Source: Bacillota bacterium (GTDB taxonomy: Bacteria; Bacillota; Clostridia; Christensenellales; UMGS416). From it: a stretch of DNA of 64,000 nucleotides. Where the stretch lies: NCBI GenBank assembly GCA_023421955.1, contig JAEZSE010000018.1, forward strand, positions 7,337-71,336. Reading direction: 5' to 3'. Shown here in pieces: positions 27,402 through 36,295 of this stretch. The notes under the pieces were generated by a model. It worked only from the letters and a program-made list of their open reading frames with translations. It searched no databases and was not told where the DNA came from. Position 1 is the stretch's first letter, and every line of letters begins with the position of its first letter. Made by a program: the position numbers and the translations under genes.

Positions 27402-28517
27402 ATGGGCTACTTGGGCAAAGAGATCCCGAAGCTGGGGTTTGGGTTGATGCGGCTGCCGATGGCCGGTGGAGAAATTGACCTTGAGCAAGTCAAGCAGATG
27501 GTTGACCGGTTCATGGCGGAGGGCTTCACCTACTTCGATACTGCTTACGTATATCACGGAGGAAAATCAGAGGTGGCGGCGCGCGAGGCGCTGGTCAAGC
27601 GGTATCCCAGAGAAGCTTACCAACTGGCCACCAAGCTGCCGGTTTGGATGGCAAACAAACCCGAAGACCTGCAGCCCCTGTTTGACACGCAGTTGGAACG
27701 CACAGGGGCCGGCTACATCGACTATTACCTGCTGCACGCGCTGGATCGAGACAGGATTGAGCATCTGGAAAAAATCGGCGCATGGGAGTTTGGCCGCAGG
27801 CTGAAGGAGCGGGGGTTGATCCGTCACCTGGGCTTTTCCTTCCACGATGAAGCAAAATACTTGAACGAGCTGCTCACCAGCCACCCGGAAGCAGAGTTTG
27901 TGCAGCTCCAGATCAACTATGCGGACTGGGAAGATGACAAGGTGCAGTCCCGGCTGTGCTACGAGGTCGCCCGCAAGCACAATAAACCAGTTATCATCAT
28001 GGAGCCGCTTAAGGGCGGGGCGCTTGCGGCGATGGGTCCGGAGGTGCAGGCACTACTCAAGGCTGCCCGGCCAAATGCCTCAGTGGCATCCTGGGCCTTG
28101 CGCTTCTCGGCGTCACTGGATGGCATCATCACGGTGCTGAGCGGCATGTCCAACACAGAGCAGATGAATGACAACCTGGCCACAATGACGCAGTTTCAAC
28201 CGTTGAGCGCAGAAGACCGGGCTGTGATCGCGCAGGCGCTTGACGAGCTGAAGAAGGTGCCCACTGTGCCGTGCACAGCCTGCCGCTATTGCACCGACGA
28301 CTGCCCGCAGAAGATCAATATCCCCGGTGTGTTCGATGCCTACAACAATTACCTGCGCTATCAGAACGCCGATGGCGCAAAAGGCAATTACCGCTGGGCG
28401 GTCGGCAGCGGCGGAAAGGCTTCCACTTGCATCGCCTGCGGCGCGTGCGAAGGCCATTGCCCGCAACACATCCCGATCATCAGCCGCCTGGTAGATGCGG
28501 CAAAGATATTGGAATAA
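27402..28517 (+). CDS. aldo/keto reductase fused to a C-terminal 4Fe-4S ferredoxin domain
   Basis: AKR TIM-barrel motifs (GFGLMRLP, GGK..) followed by CTACRYCTDDCP and CIACGACEGHCP. Confidence 0.8.
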   Translation: MGYLGKEIPKLGFGLMRLPMAGGEIDLEQVKQMVDRFMAEGFTYFDTAYVYHGGKSEVAAREALVKRYPREAYQLATKLPVWMANKPEDLQPLFDTQLERTGAGYIDYYLLHALDRDRIEHLEKIGAWEFGRRLKERGLIRHLGFSFHDEAKYLNELLTSHPEAEFVQLQINYADWEDDKVQSRLCYEVARKHNKPVIIMEPLKGGALAAMGPEVQALLKAARPNASVASWALRFSASLDGIITVLSGMSNTEQMNDNLATMTQFQPLSAEDRAVIAQALDELKKVPTVPCTACRYCTDDCPQKINIPGVFDAYNNYLRYQNADGAKGNYRWAVGSGGKASTCIACGACEGHCPQHIPIISRLVDAAKILE

Positions 28518-28547
28518 CTGCATTACAAGGCATTAAGCACCATATGA

Positions 28548-28585
28548 GACCTCCCGCCCATCCACGGTGCGGGAGGCCTTTTTTG
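28548..28585 (+). terminator. rho-independent terminator
   Basis: cctcccgc / gcgggagg stem followed by TTTTTT. Confidence 0.55.
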
Positions 28586-28655
28586 TTGGAGCTGCCGTTT
28601 TACACCATCGCGAGAATCTGATAGAATCCAAGGATCAATTAACAAGGGGATAAGT

Positions 28656-28757
28656 ATGAACATTTCGATACTGGTCATCGCATTGGGGGCAGTTGCCGCC
28701 CTGATTTGTGTGGGAGCGGCTGTGGTGATTGTGTTTGTGGTCAACAAAAAGAAGTGA
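28656..28757 (+). CDS. candidate 33-aa single-TM peptide
   Basis: AGGGGA RBS. MNISILVIALGAVAALICVGAAVVIVFVVNKKK. Confidence 0.3.
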   Translation: MNISILVIALGAVAALICVGAAVVIVFVVNKKK

Positions 28758-28974
28758 GCACCTCGCAGGCAGAAAATGGTCATCAGCAACCCACCGCAAG
28801 GGCCAGGTGGTGGGTTTTCTATCCTATTCCGGAGGCGCTCGCAGTTTCACATCTCGCACTAGCACTCATATGATATAGCAGAAGGACCATGCGGGTATAT
28901 CGCGGATGATGATCAGTCTCCATATCACCATACCCGGGGAGCCTTCGAAATCATAAGGCAAGGTGAGGAAAATG

Positions 28975-29448
28975 GCATACTACTCCCGCGATGATCACCC
29001 TGAATCTTACAGGAAAGATGCACAAAAGGTTGCCTTGAATGCTTCAACTGGCGGTGCAGGCCCATTGCCGGTCATCACAACGCTGCTGGCTGACCCGATC
29101 AATGTGGTGTCCGTTGGGATTGACACCTCCGAATTCAGGAGGCCGGATATCCTGTTGACATTCACAGGCATCGTCAATCTGCCGTTGGGCATATCGGTCA
29201 CACTGAACTTCCAGATCTTCCGCTCGACAGATGATGGCGCAGCGCCCGTGGGCTCCACCTACACGTTCTCCACATTGGTCAACGTGCTGGAATCGGAAGC
29301 GTTCTCGTTCCAGTTCTTTGACACGAACCTGGAGCCCAACAACTACACCTACACGGTGCAATTGAACACCAACTCCATCATCGACATCACCCCAGGACTG
29401 ACCATCACCAACGCGACGCTGAGCGCACTGGCTGTGGATCGTGCCTGA
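28975..29448 (+). CDS. hypothetical beta-rich protein
   Basis: GGTGAGGAAA RBS. No TM helix or signal peptide. No family assignable from sequence alone. Confidence 0.45.
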   Translation, partial: AYYSRDDHPESYRKDAQKVALNASTGGAGPLPVITTLLADPINVVSVGIDTSEFRRPDILLTFTGIVNLPLGISVTLNFQIFRSTDDGAAPVGSTYTFSTLVNVLESEAFSFQFFDTNLEPNNYTYTVQLNTNSIIDITPGLTITNATLSALAVDRA

Positions 29449-29743
29449 AGAGAGCTCGTTCAGCCCTTGAGCAGGTTGCCTGCCCAAGGGTATACATAAT
29501 AACACCATCGACAAATCATTGAATCGCCTTTTATGGATTATTCCCATTGGAACATCGTATCTCCATTCTGAGCAGACGCATGTTACTGCAACATAAACAA
29601 TAACAAAAAGAGATACAAGCCCATCAAGGCACCTGTTTTGTAGCATTTGCTGAGATCAGCAGAAGATCAGAGACCAAATAGAGACCAAAACTTACCCATC
29701 AAAACGCAAAAACCCTAAGAACCGCATGATTCCTAGGGTTTTT

Positions 29744-29820
29744 TGGCGTGCCCGAAAGGATTCGAACCTTCGACCTCTTGATTCGTAGTCAAGCACTCTA
29801 TCCAGCTGAGCTACGGGCAC
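29744..29820 (-). tRNA. tRNA-Arg(ACG)
   Basis: Anticodon loop CTACGAA, acceptor GTGCCCG / CGGGCAC, CCA. Hairpin terminator downstream. Confidence 0.9.
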
Positions 29821-29950
29821 ATGCCATATTGCTGTGATAGTATACGGCATCAGGCTGGGTTTGTCAATCATTTTGCAACATGATCAAAATGTTCAAAACT
29901 TATCACGAAACCAATGAGCTTGAGTTTGGTATAATAATCCAACTGAGTAG

Positions 29951-30652
29951 TTGGAGGCCACAATTAGCATCATTGCATTCACAGGAGCAGGCATCTCAGC
30001 CGCCTCAGGCATCCCCACCTTCGAGGAGTTGGGCGAAGGTTTCCGCAGGAGCTTGAGCCGCAATGTATTCCTGGCAGATCCGGACAGTTTTTACAACAAC
30101 GTCCTGAAGTTGAAGCATGCCTGCGAAAAAGCAATGCCAAACCCGGCCCACCTGGCATTAGCCCAACATGGCGTGCCGGTAATCACAATGAACATTGACG
30201 GCCTGCACCGCCGGGCAGGCACCACTGATCTCATTGAAATCCATGGCAGCATGGAATCCGTGCACTGCTCAAGGTGCCATTCCGAATATCCATTTTCACA
30301 GGTAGAACAGGGTAGCCGGTGTCCCGCTTGCGGTGGTCTGTTGCTTCATGACATCGTGCTGTATGAAGACCAAATTCCGCGGCTTCATGAAGCGCTGGCG
30401 CTGGTGGAAGGGCCGGGGCTGGCCGCGTCCTGCAGCCGGCTGGCCGCATCCTTTGGATGCTGCTCGCCTATGCAACCTAGCTGCTCTCCCATACATCCAG
30501 GAACACTACTTGTGATCGGTACGAGCTTCTATACTTCCACGGCGAGCTACATTGTAGATCACGCCAGGGCAGCCAGGCAAGAGATTGTGATCATCAACGA
30601 AAAGGCGGAAACCGAAGTCCCCGCCTTTTTAAACAGTCGCTTACCCAAATAA
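29951..30652 (+). CDS. Sir2-family NAD-dependent protein deacylase (CobB-like) with a Cys/Pro/Ser-rich insertion
   Basis: FTGAGISAASGIPTF, NIDGLHRRAG, IEIHGS, Zn ribbon CSRC...CPACGG. Non-ATG start: TTG at 29951, or ATT/ATC after the GGAGG at 29953. Confidence 0.7.
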   Translation: MEATISIIAFTGAGISAASGIPTFEELGEGFRRSLSRNVFLADPDSFYNNVLKLKHACEKAMPNPAHLALAQHGVPVITMNIDGLHRRAGTTDLIEIHGSMESVHCSRCHSEYPFSQVEQGSRCPACGGLLLHDIVLYEDQIPRLHEALALVEGPGLAASCSRLAASFGCCSPMQPSCSPIHPGTLLVIGTSFYTSTASYIVDHARAARQEIVIINEKAETEVPAFLNSRLPK

Positions 30653-30662
30653 CCAAGCCCGG

Positions 30663-33600
30663 TTAAGGTTTTGCGTACACCACTGCGGACCATGGCCCGT
30701 ACACCTTTGTGCTGCCCTCCAGGCGGTATGCGCGCACCATGTAGTAGTAGACCCTTCCAGTTGTAAGCTTCGTATTGGTGTAGTACAGCGAAGATGTCGC
30801 TGCTACCAGTGTATAAGTGCCGGCGGAAGATGTGCTGCGCCACAACTCATACTTTGTGGCACCACCGATAGCACCCCAGGTTACCTTGATGCTGGTGGAG
30901 CTGGCACGGGCTGCATTTACGGAACCAGGTGCCCCAATGACCGTCTTTACCGAGACCACAGCGGAGAACGCGCCGTAGATTTTGACATTGCTCTCCAGAT
31001 GGTAGCACCGCACCTTGTAATAATAAGGTGAACCGGTCCTGAGGCCCGTATTGATATAGCTGGCAGAAGTGGCAGTGCCCACGAGTGCATAGCTACCAGA
31101 GCTGGAAGTGGCGCGATAGACCTCATACCGCGTTGCCCCACTCACTGCGCCCCAACTCACCTTGGCGCTGTTGTAGGAAGACGCGGCAGCCTTCACAGAA
31201 TAGGGTGCAGCCGGGATTGGGCGGGTGGAGACCACGGCGGAAAATGCACTATAAACCTTTGCAGCATTGTAGGAGCGCACCTTGAAGTAGTAATACTTCC
31301 CGGTCACTAAGCCGGTGCTGGAATATGCCGGCGCGGTCACGGCGCCTTTCAGCGTCCATGGCCCGGCGCTGGATGTGGCGTAATAGACTTGGTATCCCGC
31401 CGCGCCGGGCACAGCGTTCCATGTGACTTTGATGCTGGTATAGGAAGCGGAAGCGGCCTTGACAGAAGCCGGCATCGTAGAAACCCACTTGGCATAGAGG
31501 GTGATGTCTGCTGTAACCTTTTCGGTGGAGAAAATCCATGCATTGGTGCAGGAGGCTTCCTTGTACCAGCCCTGGAAGACATAGCCTGCGCGGGTTGGGG
31601 GCGTGGGCGCGGTGATGGTGGCGTTGTATTGGGCGGTCTTGGGGGCAACGGCGGTGCCGCCCTGGGGGTTGAAGGTGACGGTGTGGGTGTTGATGGTCCA
31701 TTTGGCGTAGAGGGTGTGGTCGCTTGCGGTCGTGACAGTTGTCGTACTGGTGACTAAAATCCCACCGGAGGGCTGTGTATACCAGCCGGCAAAGGAAAAA
31801 CCAGTGCGGTTCGGTGTTGGAAGAGTGCCATAATCATGCTCATATGACACCATAATATCTTCGCAAGGCGATCCTTCCTGTGAATCGAATGAAATTGTAT
31901 AGGTGTTAGTCGTCCATTTGGCGTAGAGGGTAATGTTTGTGGTTATGACATCGTTGACAAAATCCCATTGATTACCAGCCGAGCAGGTAGAATCCTTATA
32001 CCAGCCGGAGAATGAATAGCCGGTTAGTGATGGATCAGGTGATGGCTTTACAACTGTGGTGTTATAGTTCACGATTTGGTTCATGACATAATTTCCGTAT
32101 ACGATGAAACGCACTGTAAAGCTCGCAAACTCCCTGTTTACATGAATAATGAACGATTTTCTGATAGAGCTATCAGCAGATACTACTTCAACGCTGACGT
32201 CGTTATTGCCATACGCAAGGTTACTGACGGTGCATTGCGCCTCGTTAGCCAACGGTTCGCCATTGACGGTAATAGAAGCATACCTGTCTTCAGGACGAAT
32301 CGTAAACCTGATCGAGGTAACGGCGCTCCCGACCGTCAGGGTATACTCCGATATGCCCGGACTAAAAGAGGGGGATAGTGTTCCCGAAGCCGGTTCAAGG
32401 GCAGCCAGCGAGGCCGTGTCGGGCAACTGGTATTTCTTCGCTTCGACTGTTTTATCGGCATGGAATATTAATGTATATGGTACACCGTTTATGAACGTCA
32501 GACCATAACCTGTCATATCTCCTTCGTTGGCCAGCAAAGCAGAACCATATTCCACCCATTGCCCGTCGTTCAGCAATAAAACTTCGAGCATGGACGAATC
32601 CGTTACCTCATGGTGTGTATAATACAAACCGCCGTCCCAGCTGATAAAATTACCGGTCAACCCGCCACCCGGCAATGCAACCGTGCCGTACAGGTCCTCC
32701 CAGCTCCCGCCGCTGTATACGGTGATGTGTCGATCCACAGCATAATCGTCCAACGAATTAAAATATAGCAACTCTGTGTAATCCAAGCAAGGGGAGCCCT
32801 GATAGGAAAACAGGGAAATCACGCTTCTGCCCTTTGCCGTGATCACCGGCTCCCCGACGCTAACCCAGTGACCGTTGTCCAGTCTTTTCACCGAAATACT
32901 GTAGTTTTCTGTGGGCGAATATGAGGAACCGGACGTTTTTACATAGGCGACATAAAGCATTCCGTTTATCACGGCGAGATCGCTGCCCAGGGAGTACTCC
33001 GTAACCGCTTCACCAACAGTTTGCCATGTTGATCCGTTATATGCTTTTACAATCAGGTTTCTGTTCGAATCTTCGCGGCTGACGTAAGATACATACAACA
33101 CGCCATCTTGTGTTGCTGTGGAAACATACGCATCACGCGAAGTGCCTATGCTTGCACCGCCAGTTAACGACCATATGCCGCCGCTGTATTTCAACACCCG
33201 AAGTTTACTCGGCGTATTGGGAAGGCCATCGTCATCATCTGTAAATGCGACCGTCGGCACGCCGTCGAATTCGATCAAGCTGAAATCCGTTGCGCTCCGG
33301 TAAAGTGATTTATCCGGATCGATGGATTGCCACTCACCCGCCTTGTTCCGTTGAATGTGCAATGTACCCAAACTATCTCGATACACAAAATAAAGAGAAT
33401 CGCCAAATACAGAAAATCCACTGCCCATTACAGTCTGTTGTATACGGGCGGTAGTCCCAACGGATTGCCATGATCCCGGCGCCCTTTTTACCATGATCGT
33501 GTACACCAGCGTTGCGGTGCCATCTGCAGAACGAACTTCCAGGCGGATGGTGTTCTCTCCTGTTTGAAGCGGCACCTCGCAAGGCTGCGCATTGACGGCA

Positions 33601-36062
33601 GCGCCGCCATTAACGGTGAAGCTGGCGGCAGAGTCAGATAGCTGCGCAGCCACCATCACGCTGTCGATACGGTAATCCACGGCGTAGGCATGGTAATCCA
33701 GCGTATCTGGATGGAATGCCTTGCGCAATGTCAGCGAGCTTACGGCCAAGGATTCCAGCGTGGCATCCGCAGGCCGCGTCACCCTGAGCCTGTATTCTGT
33801 GTGACTCGTGCCATCCGATGAGTATACATCGACAGTCACATGGGTATCGCCCGGTGCAACAGGAAACGTCACCCATTGGCCCCGCGTCACACCGATACCA
33901 TTCACCGATACGGCGGCATAGCGGTCCGTTGCCGTGGCAAGGAGTTTGAGGCTGTCCATCCAGCGCGGCACCGTAACGGAGTACTCATTATCGCCTTCCG
34001 CAATTGGGATGCTCTTGGAATAGGACAGGTCCGGCTCTCCGTTCGCCAACAGCAAGCCGGTCAGGGAGTTGTCGTCGGTTTTCTGAAGCTTGTAAACACC
34101 AAGCTTATCGTCGTTGTTTATATTGGCAAGATAAAGTATATCACTGGAAAATTGATACTTGATCATCCCAAACGGAATATTGATCGATGGGATATCGATA
34201 TTTGACCAACTATCCCCAACAAGTTTGGCCAGCCCGAGCTTCACATCAGCGTTGTATTTTATGTGCGGAACACCGTCAACCAAATACAGGAAAATGTTAT
34301 GCCCAAATGAAACAGGATATCTTAGTTCTTGCCAAGAACCGCTTTGATAACGCAGAAATGAGCTAGCTGCCCGAGCCTGGTTCGTCACGGAAAAATAGAT
34401 TCTGCCCTGGGCCACAACATATGAATTGAGTATGAAGCCCTGTGGTGCATCGCAAACCTCCTGCCATTGGTTGTCTTCCAGACGCAAGATATGCACCTGG
34501 TATGTTAGCACGGTTTCTTCTGTAACAACTGTGGAATAAGCATAATACAGTTCATCCCCTGCCTCCGTCAACGCATTTCCAAATCCGGGTTCAAAGGCGT
34601 CGCCTCCAAACGGCGACCAGGCTCCATCCTGCAAAACATAGGTCTCAATGACTCCGGCGGCAGTCGTATTGTCATCGGTATAAACAGTTTGCGCAAAATA
34701 GACTTTGCCCTCATGCTTTGCCATCGTCAGTACCCTGGCAAACCCACCGCCTTGGATCGGAGAACCGACAGTGACCCAGTTCGGCGCCTCGTACTTCATG
34801 ATTGTGGACCGGCCGGCTGTGTTGGGATTCCGATCCACGTCGTCTACAAACGCAACGTAAAGCTCCCCATCTAGCATCCACAGTGTGATCTTGCTGGCAC
34901 AGCCAGTCGAAATCCCCCTTTTATCCAAGAAGACCCATTGAGACCCATCCCACTGCATCACTGACAGCTTCCACAATTGATCCTTTCCGTCGTTGAACGC
35001 AACATATGGCGTTCTGCCGTCCACAAGCATGTAATGATCAGATAATTCGCCGCCGGTGATGTTGTCTGAACCAATATTCTGTAATATGAAGGTCGAATAA
35101 TAGGCATTGATCGTATAGACACGGATAGAGCCGTTCTCAGCCGTCACTTCAATCATCACAGTCAGCTTGTTGTCGACGAGTTCCAGAGCACCAGACGGCT
35201 GGCCGCTTTCCGTTGGTGCGCCGTTAATCTTGATTGAAGCCGTATCGTCTGCCGCAGTTGCCGTAATGGTGAATTTTTTGCTTTCGACCAGCTCAAGCTT
35301 GTATTCTGTATCGTTGACGTTGGGTAGCTTAGTTAAGGTGCCTGTGCTTGCTACAAGTGAACTCAGATTGTTATTTGTACTGGGTGGCATGGGCAGCCAT
35401 GTGAGCGCAATCGTATAAGTTCGAGAGTTAACGCCGTCCTCTGCAATTACCTCTATCACAATTTCTGTATCGTCGCGAGACAATGGAACTCTTTGTGTCA
35501 TATGTGGCGGTTGCGCAATTGCTCCGTTAATCCTGACCGTCGCATTGTAGTCGTATCTGGATGCCATGATTTCGATGAACTCTACGTATTGGCTTTGCAG
35601 TGAATATTCGAAGACGTCAGGATCAAAAACTGGCGAAATGGAGACATCGGGAGAATACAATGCATGGAGTCTCGCGTCGTGACCTGCCGGTAGTTTATCG
35701 ATCTGCAGCGTATACTCCGTGATATTCCCTGATAAATCTGAAGCTTTTACCATTATTGTCGTCGAATCGGGCTGCAGTTGAATCGGGCCATATTTCACGC
35801 CGCGATCCACTGCAACGTCATTAATGGTAATTGCAATTCCATCCGCAGCCTCTGCCTGGATGAATATCTCATCTCGGCTGTATGGTACGGACATGGTGTA
35901 GCTCGTGGTGCTACCGGGAACATCATACCGGCTATCTCCGGCGAATACTGTCCAGGAGGTTAAAGAGGCAATGCCTTCTGCCGATACTGAACGCAACATA
36001 CAAATGGATAATACAACATTGATAAAAAGGATAACTGATATTTTACCGGCGAGCTTGAACAT
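30663..36062 (-). CDS. 1799-aa secreted modular surface protein
   Basis: Signal peptide MFKLAGKISVILFINVVLSICMLRSVSA. Six cadherin-like beta-sandwich domains. Three GWY...LYAKW Listeria-Bacteroides (Flg_new) repeats. Four C-terminal fibronectin type III domains. Confidence 0.8.
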   Translation of the reverse strand: MFKLAGKISVILFINVVLSICMLRSVSAEGIASLTSWTVFAGDSRYDVPGSTTSYTMSVPYSRDEIFIQAEAADGIAITINDVAVDRGVKYGPIQLQPDSTTIMVKASDLSGNITEYTLQIDKLPAGHDARLHALYSPDVSISPVFDPDVFEYSLQSQYVEFIEIMASRYDYNATVRINGAIAQPPHMTQRVPLSRDDTEIVIEVIAEDGVNSRTYTIALTWLPMPPSTNNNLSSLVASTGTLTKLPNVNDTEYKLELVESKKFTITATAADDTASIKINGAPTESGQPSGALELVDNKLTVMIEVTAENGSIRVYTINAYYSTFILQNIGSDNITGGELSDHYMLVDGRTPYVAFNDGKDQLWKLSVMQWDGSQWVFLDKRGISTGCASKITLWMLDGELYVAFVDDVDRNPNTAGRSTIMKYEAPNWVTVGSPIQGGGFARVLTMAKHEGKVYFAQTVYTDDNTTAAGVIETYVLQDGAWSPFGGDAFEPGFGNALTEAGDELYYAYSTVVTEETVLTYQVHILRLEDNQWQEVCDAPQGFILNSYVVAQGRIYFSVTNQARAASSFLRYQSGSWQELRYPVSFGHNIFLYLVDGVPHIKYNADVKLGLAKLVGDSWSNIDIPSINIPFGMIKYQFSSDILYLANINNDDKLGVYKLQKTDDNSLTGLLLANGEPDLSYSKSIPIAEGDNEYSVTVPRWMDSLKLLATATDRYAAVSVNGIGVTRGQWVTFPVAPGDTHVTVDVYSSDGTSHTEYRLRVTRPADATLESLAVSSLTLRKAFHPDTLDYHAYAVDYRIDSVMVAAQLSDSAASFTVNGGAAVNAQPCEVPLQTGENTIRLEVRSADGTATLVYTIMVKRAPGSWQSVGTTARIQQTVMGSGFSVFGDSLYFVYRDSLGTLHIQRNKAGEWQSIDPDKSLYRSATDFSLIEFDGVPTVAFTDDDDGLPNTPSKLRVLKYSGGIWSLTGGASIGTSRDAYVSTATQDGVLYVSYVSREDSNRNLIVKAYNGSTWQTVGEAVTEYSLGSDLAVINGMLYVAYVKTSGSSYSPTENYSISVKRLDNGHWVSVGEPVITAKGRSVISLFSYQGSPCLDYTELLYFNSLDDYAVDRHITVYSGGSWEDLYGTVALPGGGLTGNFISWDGGLYYTHHEVTDSSMLEVLLLNDGQWVEYGSALLANEGDMTGYGLTFINGVPYTLIFHADKTVEAKKYQLPDTASLAALEPASGTLSPSFSPGISEYTLTVGSAVTSIRFTIRPEDRYASITVNGEPLANEAQCTVSNLAYGNNDVSVEVVSADSSIRKSFIIHVNREFASFTVRFIVYGNYVMNQIVNYNTTVVKPSPDPSLTGYSFSGWYKDSTCSAGNQWDFVNDVITTNITLYAKWTTNTYTISFDSQEGSPCEDIMVSYEHDYGTLPTPNRTGFSFAGWYTQPSGGILVTSTTTVTTASDHTLYAKWTINTHTVTFNPQGGTAVAPKTAQYNATITAPTPPTRAGYVFQGWYKEASCTNAWIFSTEKVTADITLYAKWVSTMPASVKAASASYTSIKVTWNAVPGAAGYQVYYATSSAGPWTLKGAVTAPAYSSTGLVTGKYYYFKVRSYNAAKVYSAFSAVVSTRPIPAAPYSVKAAASSYNSAKVSWGAVSGATRYEVYRATSSSGSYALVGTATSASYINTGLRTGSPYYYKVRCYHLESNVKIYGAFSAVVSVKTVIGAPGSVNAARASSTSIKVTWGAIGGATKYELWRSTSSAGTYTLVAATSSLYYTNTKLTTGRVYYYMVRAYRLEGSTKVYGPWSAVVYAKP

Positions 36063-36295
36063 ATAATTGCTCCCATATCCATAGTCCAAAAGATAAAAAA
36101 CATACCGAAATAATTATATACTATCAGCAATAATTTCACAAGCACCATAATCGTTCACACAACCCCGCTCGGTCATTTCAACCCCCATCTCCGACACTTC
36201 AACCACAATATATTCTAAAATCATGCAGGAATTTCTATGATGGTATCAAAATATAGTAGGAAGTGATTGGCCAATCCAATCCGAGGAGGCGACAC

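Noticed and set aside
20603-29743. Integrated mobile element or ICE bounded by tRNA genes
   Set aside because: No integrase, recombinase, relaxase or transposase ORF is present, and no obvious direct repeats of tRNA 3' ends were seen. The pattern is reported only as a weak hint.
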